Below the pieces are notes generated by a model that worked only from the letters and a program-made list of their open reading frames with translations, ran no database searches and was not told where the DNA came from. Shown here one piece after another: positions 44,248-54,762 of a DNA stretch of 64,000 nucleotides. Source of the DNA: a virus. The position numbers were made by a program, and so were the translations under genes. The stretch lies in IMG/VR virus record IMGVR_UViG_3300045988_154953. One strand, given 5' to 3'. Positions within the stretch are counted from its first letter, which is position 1, and each line of letters opens with the position of its first letter.

Positions 44248-45856
44248 TTTTGAACAACAAGTGGATAAAAAAGCAATATTCTTACTTTTTGGATGTTATT
44301 GTTTGAATCCAAGATATGTATTAGATGAGCGTTATTCAACAAATATAAATGATTATCCTGAAAATTTTCATAAAATGATATTTGGGTCAATTGTTAATAT
44401 TGCCAAAAAAGGCAACGTCGAAAAAATTACACCTATTGATATTGAAAACGACATTGCTCAGTTTGAAGCAGCAGTTTCATTGTGGAAAAATAATAATGGT
44501 TGGGATTATATTGAATCAGCCATCGAAATGACATCTGATAATACAATGAATATTGCAAAATATCATGATGATGTTCGTAAATATTCAATTGTACGGAACG
44601 CTATAGAATATCTAAAAATGGATATTACTTTTTTATATGATGAAAATGATGACGAAAAGCTAGAAAATTTTAATAAAATGACTAGCACAGATGTTTTAAA
44701 TGAAATAAATAATAAATTTATTGATTTTAAATCAATGTGGAAAAATATGTTTGGGGATAATTATTCATTTAAAGTAGGAGATGGTATTGAATGTAGATTA
44801 TTAGAACATAAAGAGCAGCAGAATGTATATGGCTATCCTTTCCAATCTGGATATTTAACAACAGTATATAGAGGTATGAGACCAAAAAAATACATATTAA
44901 GAAGTTCTGTATCTGGCGGTGGCAAATCAAGAAGTTCTCTTGCAGATGGATGTAATATGGTTTCTGATCGAATATATGATTGGAACAAAAAAGAATGGAT
45001 ATCAACAGGTGAAAGTAAGCCAGTATTATTTATTTCTACAGAATTGGAAAAAGAAGAAATACAAGATATCATACTTGCTCATGTGAGTGGAATTGAGCAA
45101 GACAGGATTGAAACTTGGGATAATATTACCTCTGAAGAAGAAGATATTTTAAATAAATCCACAAAATATATTGAATCATATGAATATTATGTCGAATATA
45201 TGCCAGATTTTACAATCGATCTCATTTCTCAGACAATTGAAAAATATATCTTAAATTATAAAATAGTCGCCTGTTTCTTTGACTATATAAATGATTCCCC
45301 CTCATTATATGAATATTATTACAATAAAACACATACACGACTTAGAACAGATCAGATTTTATTTTTGTTTAGTGCAGCTTTAAAGTCTGTTTGCAATAAA
45401 TTTGGTATATATCTTGGTTCAGCTACTCAGTTGAATGATAATTATAAAGAAGATAATAATAAAGATGCAGGTGCATTAAAAGGATCTAAAGCAATCATCG
45501 AAAAAGCTGATGGTGGTATTTTGGCATTACCTGTTACTCACAAAGATTTAAAAAGACTTAAACCAATACTTGAAAGTGATGGTAGTTTTGGAAAACTTGT
45601 TCCGAATATGTCGTATTATATTTTCAAAAATCGTGGTGGTAAGTGGAAATCAATTATTATTTGGACAAAGCTAAATATGGGAACAATGAGAGAAGTAGAT
45701 TGTTTTGTAACGGATTATAATTATGAAATTATAACAAATATTGAACAAACACTTATTGATTTTAAACTTGAAGATGTTGGTGATGTCGGAATTATTGAAT
45801 CAGATGTAGATGTTTTAGGATCTGACTTAGCAACACAATTATCAAAAACGTTTTAG
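44231..45856 (+). CDS. DnaB-like replicative helicase
   Basis: RecA-like C-terminal domain with Walker A SGGGKS and Walker B FFDYI. N-terminal DnaB-like helical domain. Confidence 0.7.
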   Translation: MVTQINFEQQVDKKAIFLLFGCYCLNPRYVLDERYSTNINDYPENFHKMIFGSIVNIAKKGNVEKITPIDIENDIAQFEAAVSLWKNNNGWDYIESAIEMTSDNTMNIAKYHDDVRKYSIVRNAIEYLKMDITFLYDENDDEKLENFNKMTSTDVLNEINNKFIDFKSMWKNMFGDNYSFKVGDGIECRLLEHKEQQNVYGYPFQSGYLTTVYRGMRPKKYILRSSVSGGGKSRSSLADGCNMVSDRIYDWNKKEWISTGESKPVLFISTELEKEEIQDIILAHVSGIEQDRIETWDNITSEEEDILNKSTKYIESYEYYVEYMPDFTIDLISQTIEKYILNYKIVACFFDYINDSPSLYEYYYNKTHTRLRTDQILFLFSAALKSVCNKFGIYLGSATQLNDNYKEDNNKDAGALKGSKAIIEKADGGILALPVTHKDLKRLKPILESDGSFGKLVPNMSYYIFKNRGGKWKSIIIWTKLNMGTMREVDCFVTDYNYEIITNIEQTLIDFKLEDVGDVGIIESDVDVLGSDLATQLSKTF

Positions 45857-45870
45857 TAGGGAGGTATATA

Positions 45871-46947
45871 ATGACCGCCCAGGAATTGAAAAAACGACTA
45901 AAAGAAGATGATATTCGAAAGTTGTTGATAGAAATGGGAGCAACTTTCTATTATGAAGATGATGACATATGGATAACAGATACCATATGTCATCATGGAA
46001 CTAAACCGAAATTATATTTCTATAAAGATTCCATGTCATTTCATTGTTATACAGAATGTGGGCAAATGGACATTATCGGTGTAGTAATGGGATACAAAGA
46101 TTATGCTCAAGAAGATTTTCAAAAAGCTATCAATTGGATATGTAAAAAATTAAATATTGATAATTGTGAATATGGCTTTGGTAAACAGGAACAGATTTCA
46201 GATTGGGAATTTATTAGGAAATATAAAAGAAATAAAAAGGAAACAAAAGAAAAATCATTAATTCCATATAATAAGAGCATTTTGAATATTTTCCAAAAAT
46301 TCTATTCGAAACAATGGATTGATGAAGGAATTTCGATTAAGAGTATGAAAAAATACAATATTTTATATTCTACTTGGCAGCAAAAAATAATTATACCTCA
46401 TTATGATATGAATAATAGATTAGTTGGAGTTCGTGCAAGGTCAATGTTAGACGAAGATATTGAAATTTATGGTAAATATTCTCCATTTAAAGTGGGAAAT
46501 AAATTTTATAATCATTCTCTTGGTATGAATTTATTTGGATTAAATTATAACATAAACGCTATTCAAAAGAAAAGAAAAATAATGCTCGTTGAAGCCGAGA
46601 AATCTGTGCTTCAAACAGATACGATGTTCGGTGAAGATAACTTTACAGTCGCTTTGTGTGGAAGTAACTTAACAGATTATCAAAAGGGGATAATTTTAAT
46701 GCTCGGTGTAAGAGAAGTGATCATAGCATTAGATAAACAATATCAAACATTAGATTCAGAAGAATGTAAAAAATGGGCAAAACATATAAAGGATAAGATT
46801 ATTGATAAATTAAGTCCATTTTTTGTTGTATCTGTATTATGGGATACAAATGATTTACTTAAATATAAAGATAGTCCGACAGATAGAGGTAAAGAAACTT
46901 TACTTCAATTGATGGATAATAAAATATATGTAGGAACTAATCAATAA
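45871..46947 (+). CDS. DNA primase (DnaG-type: CHC2 zinc finger plus TOPRIM)
   Basis: CHHG..HCYTECG zinc finger. TOPRIM VEAEKS and ALDKQ. Confidence 0.8.
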   Translation: MTAQELKKRLKEDDIRKLLIEMGATFYYEDDDIWITDTICHHGTKPKLYFYKDSMSFHCYTECGQMDIIGVVMGYKDYAQEDFQKAINWICKKLNIDNCEYGFGKQEQISDWEFIRKYKRNKKETKEKSLIPYNKSILNIFQKFYSKQWIDEGISIKSMKKYNILYSTWQQKIIIPHYDMNNRLVGVRARSMLDEDIEIYGKYSPFKVGNKFYNHSLGMNLFGLNYNINAIQKKRKIMLVEAEKSVLQTDTMFGEDNFTVALCGSNLTDYQKGIILMLGVREVIIALDKQYQTLDSEECKKWAKHIKDKIIDKLSPFFVVSVLWDTNDLLKYKDSPTDRGKETLLQLMDNKIYVGTNQ

Positions 46948-46962
46948 GGAAGGAGTGTAAAT

Positions 46963-48702
46963 TTGAGTTTCAAATATGACGTATTAGGTAAGGTTAGATT
47001 CGGAAATGAGTTAGAAGATATTTTGAAATTAAAAGGTATCAAAGATATAGACTCCTTTCTGAATCCTACTATCAAAAATACAGAGAGTGAATTACTTTTT
47101 GATAATATAGAAAAAGCAAGAGATTTGTTTATAAAGCATATAAGCAATAAAGATGTTATAGATTTACTGGTAGATTGTGATGTTGATGGATTTACATCAG
47201 CATCCAATATTTATCAGTATATAAAAAGATTAAGTCCTGACATTGAAGTTAGATGTTTTATTCACAAAGGTAAAACTCATGGATTATCCGAATTTGTGGA
47301 TAGTATGTGTGAAGACGATTCAAATCTTGTTATTGTTCCAGATGCAGGTTCAGGAAATTTTAAGGAATGTGAAAAACTTATAACACATGGAAAAGATGTA
47401 ATTATTTTAGATCATCATAGTATTGATGCAAGTGATAATCCTGCAATAGTTGTAAATAACCAACTTTCGGATAGAATAACAGACAAAGCTATGACTGGTG
47501 TTGGAATTACATATAAATTCACAAAGCTATTGGATAAGTATTATGGTGTGAATTATGCAGATGATTATTTGGACTTAGTTGCGTTGGGGATGATTGGAGA
47601 TAGGGCTGATACATTTAATCTTCAAACAAGATATCTTATATTAAAAGGATTGGAACAGATACAAAATAAAGTTAATAAAAATAAACTTATATCTGTTCTA
47701 GTAGATGCTCAAATGTATTCAATGAATAATAAAATCACAATAAATGGAATTGGATTTTATGTATGTCCTCTTATGAACTCAATGATTCGATTGGGAGAAT
47801 ATGAAGATAAGTGTTATATGTTTGAAGCATTATGTAACTCTGATAGAATGCTTGACAGAAAAGTACGAGGAAAAGGTGTAGTCAATATGACTATTCAAGA
47901 ATATGTTCTAAAAGCTTGTCAATCATCAAATAGAAAACAGAAAAAAATAACAGAGGAAAGTGCTGCTGTTTTATCTGAGGAAATTAAGAAGTTTAATATG
48001 GACAAATTACCTATTCTTGTATGTAATGCAAGAGATGATGTTGATAGTAATTCAACAGGACTTATTGCAAATAGATTGGCTGATCAATACAGAAGACCAT
48101 GCTTATTAATGAGACGGGTGGGAGATATTTGCAAAGGTAGTGGTAGAGGTAGTGATAAATGCGAAATATTAAATTTTAATCAATGGTGTAAAGATACAGA
48201 ATTATTTAACAAAGTGAAAGGGCATCCAGAAGCATTTGGATGTGAAATTACTTATGAGAATACTAATAAATTATTATATTTGTTATCTACAATGAGAAAA
48301 ATTGATGAACCAACTTATCATGTATATAACGTTTATGAAGCTGATAAGATTTACGATCAAATTATTAAAAATGTAGCTAAATGGGATTGTATATGGGGTA
48401 ATTCTGTAAGTGAACCTATTTTCTTAATTAAAAGTGTACCTTGTAATAAATATAATTTGTATCTTCTTGGTTCTAAACAAAATAAAATTGAATTTACATA
48501 TCATAATATAAAATTTGTAAAACAAACAAAAGGTAGTTCATTGGCTTCTTTATACAAAGAGATTGTATCGATTGGAGAAAATGTTGAATTTGATATCATT
48601 GGTAGATTTTCAATCGATTACAAATCTGGAAAAACAGCACAAGTATTAATTGAAGATTGGATGTTTTACAAAAGTGATAAAGCGCAAGGATTTTTTGGTT
48701 AA
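46963..48702 (+). CDS. DHH-family phosphoesterase (RecJ-like)
   Basis: DCDVDGFTS, PDAGSG and LDHHS motifs. TTG start after AAGGAG. Confidence 0.7.
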   Translation: MSFKYDVLGKVRFGNELEDILKLKGIKDIDSFLNPTIKNTESELLFDNIEKARDLFIKHISNKDVIDLLVDCDVDGFTSASNIYQYIKRLSPDIEVRCFIHKGKTHGLSEFVDSMCEDDSNLVIVPDAGSGNFKECEKLITHGKDVIILDHHSIDASDNPAIVVNNQLSDRITDKAMTGVGITYKFTKLLDKYYGVNYADDYLDLVALGMIGDRADTFNLQTRYLILKGLEQIQNKVNKNKLISVLVDAQMYSMNNKITINGIGFYVCPLMNSMIRLGEYEDKCYMFEALCNSDRMLDRKVRGKGVVNMTIQEYVLKACQSSNRKQKKITEESAAVLSEEIKKFNMDKLPILVCNARDDVDSNSTGLIANRLADQYRRPCLLMRRVGDICKGSGRGSDKCEILNFNQWCKDTELFNKVKGHPEAFGCEITYENTNKLLYLLSTMRKIDEPTYHVYNVYEADKIYDQIIKNVAKWDCIWGNSVSEPIFLIKSVPCNKYNLYLLGSKQNKIEFTYHNIKFVKQTKGSSLASLYKEIVSIGENVEFDIIGRFSIDYKSGKTAQVLIEDWMFYKSDKAQGFFG

Positions 48703-48710
48703 GGCGGTGA

Positions 48711-51290
48711 ATTAAAATAATAAACAAAAGTAAAATTTGGGGATACGATTTCGAAGTATATTCGGCTATTCCAGGTGGCGGATGGTTTTGTGTGACATTT
48801 ATTAATTATGAAGATAGAACAAATGAGATCGTAATTGTAAATAATAGAGCTGAATTGATTCAATTTTATAATAATCACAAAGATGATATTTTTATTTCAT
48901 ATAATGGTAGACAGTATGATACGGGTATTCTCAAAGGAATACTTGATGGAATGAATGTTGGATACGTAAATGATAAATTGATCAAAGAAGGTAAGAAACC
49001 GTTCCAAGTTGTTAAAAATGCAAAAAAATATCCATTTAATGACTATGATACAATTCTTAAAGATAAGTCACTTAAACAATTAGAAGCTTTTATGGGTGAC
49101 GACATTCGCGAGACAGAAGTAGACTTTAATATTTCCAGACCGCTAACAGATGTAGAAATACAACAAACATTGTATTATAATCATCATGATGTAATTGAGG
49201 TATTAAGAGTCTTAGATTATTGTTGGGATGATTTTGAAGGTCAATTAGATATCATTGAATTATATGGTCTAGACATGTCATATTTCACAAAAACAAAAGT
49301 TCAATTAGCTTCTAAAATTCTAAACGCTGTAAGTCAACATACTCTTGATGATGAATTTGAAATTCGAATTCCTGATACAATTAAATTATCAGATAAATAT
49401 AAATTTATTTCAGAATGGTATCTTAATCCTAAGAATTGGAGATATAAAGAATATTTACATTCAGAAGATGATCAACATAATAATCAATTATGTTGTATTG
49501 TTGCCGGTATTCCTCATGTGTTTGCATGGGGAGGATGTCATGGAGCAGATGATAAACAAGCTGTATTTGAAGGTATAATCCTCCACGCAGATGTTTCTTC
49601 GATGTATCCAACAACTGATATCGAATATGGATTATTAAGTAGGAAATTTAAGAATCCTGATGATTTTAGACAAATGCGAGATTTCAGATTGAAACTTAAA
49701 GCAGATGGTGATTCTAAAAATAAAGCATTGAAACCTATGATAAACGGTGTATACGGGGCTTCAAAAGATAGAAATAATCCATGTTATGATCCACTTATGG
49801 CTAATTTAACTTGTGTATTTGGTCAGATGTTTATTTTGGATTTAATTGATAAGCTAGAGCCTTATTGTAGATTATTACAAACTAATACAGATGGTATTTT
49901 TGTTCTTTGTAAAAATGAAGAAATGAAAAACAAAGTCATTGAAATTACAAACGAAGTAGGAAAACGACTCAGGATGGAGTTTGAAATAGATGAATACACA
50001 AAATTAATTCAAAAGGATGTAAACAATTATATCGCTGTTATGAAAAATGGTAAATTGGAATGTAAAGGTGCAATGGTTAAATTTAATAAACCAATTGACA
50101 ATGATTTACCTATTCTCAATGATGCTGTTAGAAATTATCTTGCTGAGGGAATTCCTGTTGAAGAAACAATTAATAATTGTACAGATTATATTAAATTCCA
50201 AAAAGTAATAAAATTATCGGCTAAATATAAAGAAATTTGGTATGGCAATGGTGTAGCTGCAAAAGATGGAAAGATTACTTCAATAAATGGAGAATTATTA
50301 AAGGGTAAAGTACATAGAGTATTTGCTAGTAAACGTCCATCGGATGGGTCAATTTACAAATTGAAGATTGAAAAAGGTGTTAAATCATATGAACAGTTTG
50401 CAAATACACCTGCTCATTTGTTTATAGATAATGAAGATATTCATAATAAAAACATCCCTGAATACTTGGATAAAGAATATTATGTCAATGAAGCAAAAAA
50501 GCGAATAGATATGTTTTTGACTAAAGATAAAGAAAAAGTTGATAAAAATCCAGTTATATTATTTAAATGTATGTCTGAAAGTCCTACATTTTATGATTTT
50601 TTAGAGAAGTGTTCGGAAAATAAGATAACAAAGAAAATTTTAGAACAATATTTAATAGCGGACTGTTGTTCTAATTATGGTAAAACCAAAAAATTGTTAT
50701 TATTTAGAGATTATTTTCTTTTATTATATAAAAAAGATAAAATTAACTTAACTACATTGAACAAAAAATTCTCTGATGATAAAATCAAATCTATCATTTT
50801 ATTAAATTCAGAATTATCAAAAACCGGAAAGTCTTATACAAATCTTGATTCTAAAAAATGTCTATTAGAAATTTTCGATATTATCCCAGATGAACATATA
50901 GATATATACGACATAATGGAGATGCAAATTAACAAGTTCGGAACAGTTCGATATAAAGATTCATTGATGGATAACAGGTACTTTGTATTAAACACAAGAA
51001 ATGTTATTGCTCCGAATTTAACTCTTTATAATATTGGAACAGGCGAAATAGAATATAGAAAAATAAAAAAAGAAATATTTAAAATTCTTCCATTGCAGGA
51101 CGGAGATATCATTGATGTTAAGAATTGTGAAAAACAATTTGATATGAAAATTATTGGCAAAGACGATGAAGGAAAAAATATTTTAGCTGCTAACATTGAT
51201 AAAGAATATGATGTGATCACACAATATGAAATTGTTTATAGAAAATATAATAAAAAGCATAGTCTTTTAATAGATCGTGAGGAATGTTGA
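48711..51290 (+). CDS. family B DNA polymerase (start codon non-canonical, ATT 48711 or ATA 48717)
   Basis: ExoI YDFEV (48744-58) lies upstream of the track start at 48792. ExoII NGRQYD. PolA DVSSMYPT. PolB KPMINGVYG. PolC TNTDGI. Confidence 0.85.
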   Translation: MKIINKSKIWGYDFEVYSAIPGGGWFCVTFINYEDRTNEIVIVNNRAELIQFYNNHKDDIFISYNGRQYDTGILKGILDGMNVGYVNDKLIKEGKKPFQVVKNAKKYPFNDYDTILKDKSLKQLEAFMGDDIRETEVDFNISRPLTDVEIQQTLYYNHHDVIEVLRVLDYCWDDFEGQLDIIELYGLDMSYFTKTKVQLASKILNAVSQHTLDDEFEIRIPDTIKLSDKYKFISEWYLNPKNWRYKEYLHSEDDQHNNQLCCIVAGIPHVFAWGGCHGADDKQAVFEGIILHADVSSMYPTTDIEYGLLSRKFKNPDDFRQMRDFRLKLKADGDSKNKALKPMINGVYGASKDRNNPCYDPLMANLTCVFGQMFILDLIDKLEPYCRLLQTNTDGIFVLCKNEEMKNKVIEITNEVGKRLRMEFEIDEYTKLIQKDVNNYIAVMKNGKLECKGAMVKFNKPIDNDLPILNDAVRNYLAEGIPVEETINNCTDYIKFQKVIKLSAKYKEIWYGNGVAAKDGKITSINGELLKGKVHRVFASKRPSDGSIYKLKIEKGVKSYEQFANTPAHLFIDNEDIHNKNIPEYLDKEYYVNEAKKRIDMFLTKDKEKVDKNPVILFKCMSESPTFYDFLEKCSENKITKKILEQYLIADCCSNYGKTKKLLLFRDYFLLLYKKDKINLTTLNKKFSDDKIKSIILLNSELSKTGKSYTNLDSKKCLLEIFDIIPDEHIDIYDIMEMQINKFGTVRYKDSLMDNRYFVLNTRNVIAPNLTLYNIGTGEIEYRKIKKEIFKILPLQDGDIIDVKNCEKQFDMKIIGKDDEGKNILAANIDKEYDVITQYEIVYRKYNKKHSLLIDREEC

Positions 51291-53647
51291 TGGAAGAAAA
51301 TATTTTAAAAGAAGAAAATATTTTAAAATTTGAATGCGTTTTGGATAGAATTTTCTATCCAAAATATTCTAAAAAAGTAAATTCTGGTGAGTTCGCCATA
51401 TTTAATGCTGCTATTACGAAATGGTTAGATAATAAAGTAGAAAATTTAGATTTAATTAAATTAAAAGGTATATCTCCTTGTCTAGAGTATGGAACTACAT
51501 ATAAAGTATTCTGCAAATTAGCTGACACACATGAAAAGTTTGGAGATACATATCAACTTATATATATTAGCAAATGTATTGATATTTCAAGTAAAGATAA
51601 GCAAAAAGAATTTTTAAAAAGTATATTGCCGGAAATTACGGTAGAGAGATTATTTGAGAAATATGACGATGTTATACAACTTTTAGAAAATAGAGATGTG
51701 AAATCTCTTATGGAAGTAAAAGGTATTGGTAATCAAGTAGCTTTAAGAATAATTGATGAATACGAAGAATCTAAAGACTATAGTTCTATTTATATGGAAC
51801 TTGGTAAATTGGGTTTAACTCACACATTCATAAAAAAATTAGTAGATTTTTATAATTCTCCAGATACAGTTATTGATGTCATAAGAAACAATCCATATGA
51901 TTTAATACGTATAGATGGAATAGGATTTAAAAGAGCGGATGAAATTGCATGTAAAGTTGGAATAGGACAATACGACATTACACGAGTTAAAGGTTTTTTG
52001 ATGTATCATTTGAATGAACAAGGTGAAGCCGGTAAAAGTTTTTTAAATTACCAAGAATTAATGAAGGCACTCTACGATACACTTGGATATATTCCAGAGA
52101 ATATTGTTAATAGTACAGCTAAACAAATGATCGAAAACACAGATGTGATAGTACTTGACAATGGATCAAAAATCGCCTTAAAAAAATTTTATAATCTGGA
52201 AAATAACATAATGAGAGAACTTGTACGTCTTCAAATTGGAAGAGTAAAAGTAATAGAAAATAATCACGACAATGAAAGTGATTCTTGCGAATATATTCCA
52301 AAATCATTTAATATCTATGATTGGGAATCAACGATAAAAAGAGTAGAAGAAAATCAAGGTTTTACTTTCACAGATGAACAGAGAGCTGCTATTAAATTAA
52401 GTCTTGACAATAATGTAATTGAAATAACAGGATCTGCTGGCTGTGGTAAAACTAGTACAGCAAATGGTATTTGTTCACTATATGATGATTATAATATTCT
52501 GGCTTGTGCGTTATCTGGTAAAGCAAGTGTAAGAATTACAGAAGCAACTGGATTACCAGCATCTACAATTCATAAAGCATTAGAATATCAGAATGGTGCT
52601 TTTTCTAGAAATAAATACAATAAATTATGTGTGGATATTGTTCTTATCGATGAAGCAACGATGATAAATGGTAGTTTGTTTTTGGCGTTATTAGAATCTA
52701 TTCCAACAGGAGCAAAGGTGATCATTATGGGTGACGTACAACAGCTTACTCCAATTGGTAATTGCCAGGTATTTGCAGATATTCTCGATAGTGATGTATT
52801 ACCAGTCGCTAGACTTACAAAACCTCATAGACAAGCTCTTAAAAGTGGTATAATTCCAACATCTATAAAAATAGCAAATCAAGAACAAATTTTTAGTGGC
52901 AGCTTCGTTGGAAATACTATTCTTGGGGAATTAAAAGATATGGAATTAGATATTTCAAATCCAAAAGAAACAATTCAAGATTGTATCATCAAACATTTTC
53001 AAACTGAAATGAATAAATTTAACGATGTGATGGAAGTACAAATATGCGTTCCAATGAAGCTAAGAGGAGATTTATCTTGTTATAATCTTAATACTAAAAT
53101 TCAGAATATATACAATCCAAAATTAAATGACTGTAACGAAATAGAAATTATTTTAGATAAGAAAAATGACGAATTTAAAAAATATGTAATTAGAGAAAAT
53201 GACAAAGTAATCAACACCAAAAATAATTACAAATGTTTTAATTCTAATGGTGAAGTAACTCCTGTATTTAATGGTAATATTGGAATCGTAAAAAAGATTG
53301 AAGATGATGGATATTGCTTAATTGATTTTGTGGGAATTGGAGAAGTATTATTTAGTAAAAGTGATACAAATAATCTTGAATTAGCATATGCTTGTACCAC
53401 ACATCGTCTCCAAGGATCTGGATTTACTGTAACAATTGTAGGAATGGATTCTAGTAGTTATATAATGAATAATTCTGAATTACTTTATACAGCTATCACA
53501 AGAGCTAAAAAATATTGTGTTTTAGTTGGTGATAATCATGCTATTAGAAAAGCAATTCAAACAAAAGAAGCAAATACTAAACAAACATTTTTAAAGAAAA
53601 TGTTACTTGAAAATGCATATAAATTAAAAGAAAAGGAGAATAATTAA
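51290..53647 (+). CDS. RecD-like SF1 helicase
   Basis: N-terminal HhH region. Walker A GSAGCGKT. LIDEATM. C-terminal SF1B motifs (TTHRLQGSG). Confidence 0.8.
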   Translation: MEENILKEENILKFECVLDRIFYPKYSKKVNSGEFAIFNAAITKWLDNKVENLDLIKLKGISPCLEYGTTYKVFCKLADTHEKFGDTYQLIYISKCIDISSKDKQKEFLKSILPEITVERLFEKYDDVIQLLENRDVKSLMEVKGIGNQVALRIIDEYEESKDYSSIYMELGKLGLTHTFIKKLVDFYNSPDTVIDVIRNNPYDLIRIDGIGFKRADEIACKVGIGQYDITRVKGFLMYHLNEQGEAGKSFLNYQELMKALYDTLGYIPENIVNSTAKQMIENTDVIVLDNGSKIALKKFYNLENNIMRELVRLQIGRVKVIENNHDNESDSCEYIPKSFNIYDWESTIKRVEENQGFTFTDEQRAAIKLSLDNNVIEITGSAGCGKTSTANGICSLYDDYNILACALSGKASVRITEATGLPASTIHKALEYQNGAFSRNKYNKLCVDIVLIDEATMINGSLFLALLESIPTGAKVIIMGDVQQLTPIGNCQVFADILDSDVLPVARLTKPHRQALKSGIIPTSIKIANQEQIFSGSFVGNTILGELKDMELDISNPKETIQDCIIKHFQTEMNKFNDVMEVQICVPMKLRGDLSCYNLNTKIQNIYNPKLNDCNEIEIILDKKNDEFKKYVIRENDKVINTKNNYKCFNSNGEVTPVFNGNIGIVKKIEDDGYCLIDFVGIGEVLFSKSDTNNLELAYACTTHRLQGSGFTVTIVGMDSSSYIMNNSELLYTAITRAKKYCVLVGDNHAIRKAIQTKEANTKQTFLKKMLLENAYKLKEKENN

Positions 53648-54172
53648 ATGGCTAATATATATGATTTAACAGGTGAATTTCTTCAGCTTTTGGATATGTT
53701 AGAAGATGAAGAAGTAGATGAACAAGTGATTATGGATACTTTGGAATCAGTTGAATGTGAAATTGAAGATAAAGCAGATGGATACGCTAAGATCATAAAA
53801 TCACTTGAATCTGATATAAATGGTTTTCAGAAAGAAATTGAACGACTTACTTCTCGTAAAAAGACGTATGAAAACAGAATTAAATGGTTAAAACAAAATC
53901 TTGAACTGTGTATGAGAGCGATAGGAAAGAAGAAATTTACGACAAATCTATTTTCATTTAATATTCAGAAAAACGGTGGAAAAAGAAAACTTACGATAGA
54001 TGTTGATATTAAAAACATTCCAGAAGAATACAGAATAAAACAACCAGATGCTGTAGATGGTGAAAAATTGAGAGAATATTTAAAAGAAAATGGACTCGAA
54101 GGAAAAGATGGATCTATTAACTGTGAGTGGTGTCATTTGGAACCACAGGGTGAAAGCTTGAGAATCAGATAA
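53648..54172 (+). CDS. Gp157-family phage protein
   Basis: MANIYDLTGEFLQLLDMLEDEE.. is typical of the siphovirus Gp157 family. Confidence 0.6.
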   Translation: MANIYDLTGEFLQLLDMLEDEEVDEQVIMDTLESVECEIEDKADGYAKIIKSLESDINGFQKEIERLTSRKKTYENRIKWLKQNLELCMRAIGKKKFTTNLFSFNIQKNGGKRKLTIDVDIKNIPEEYRIKQPDAVDGEKLREYLKENGLEGKDGSINCEWCHLEPQGESLRIR

Positions 54173-54174
54173 TT

Positions 54175-54191
54175 AAACTAATCAATTTAAT
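54175..54191 (+). promoter_or_regulatory. 17-nt motif copy M10 (AAACTAATCAATTTAAT)
   Basis: Ends 9 nt upstream of the -35 at 54201. Confidence 0.55.
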
Positions 54192-54200
54192 TAAAGCATA

Positions 54201-54229
54201 TTGACAAAATACAAATATGATGATATAGT
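54201..54229 (+). promoter_or_regulatory. SigA-type promoter
   Basis: TTGACA, 17 nt, TGaTATAGT. Confidence 0.65.
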
Positions 54230-54262
54230 ATATACAGATTCAAGTGGAGTATAACAAAAATT

Positions 54263-54279
54263 AAACTAATCAATTTAAT
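54263..54279 (+). promoter_or_regulatory. 17-nt motif copy M11 (AAACTAATCAATTTAAT)
   Basis: About 35 nt downstream of the promoter. Confidence 0.55.
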
Positions 54280-54332
54280 TTTTATTATACAAGTAAGATA
54301 TGCTATATCATCATATTTTTTTGGGGTGAGAA

Positions 54333-54762
54333 ATGTATAAACAGATTATTATAGTTAGAAAAGACTTGAACATGTCAATTGGGAAAATTTGCAGTCAAGT
54401 ATCACACGGCTCTATGGCGTTTTTAACAACGTTTATTCGAAATAATACCGACTTAGATGGTCATGTTGATGGATATATAAATGAATGTATATACCATAAA
54501 TGGATCAACGGGTCTTTTACAAAAGTAGTATTAGAATCAAAAAAACAAAAATCAATTACTCAAAGCTGTTAAAATGGCAGAAGATATGGGAATGAATGAA
54601 GGAGTAGATTTCTTTCTTATAAAAGATAATTGTCTTACAGAACTTAAACCAGAAGAATATGATGAAAATGGAGTCGGAAGAACGTTGACATGTATTGGAT
54701 TCCGGCCAATGGATTCAGAAATAATAGATAAAATAGGTAAAAAATTTCAGTTATACAATTAA
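54333..54762 (+). CDS. peptidyl-tRNA hydrolase, PTH2 (archaeal/eukaryotic) type, interrupted by a +1 frameshift in an A7 run
   Basis: The N-terminal part (..IIVRKDLNMSIGKICSQVSHGS..) and the C-terminal part (..TLTCIGFRP..) are in frames 0 and +1. The frames overlap at 54535-54572. A7 run at 54539-45. Confidence 0.7.
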
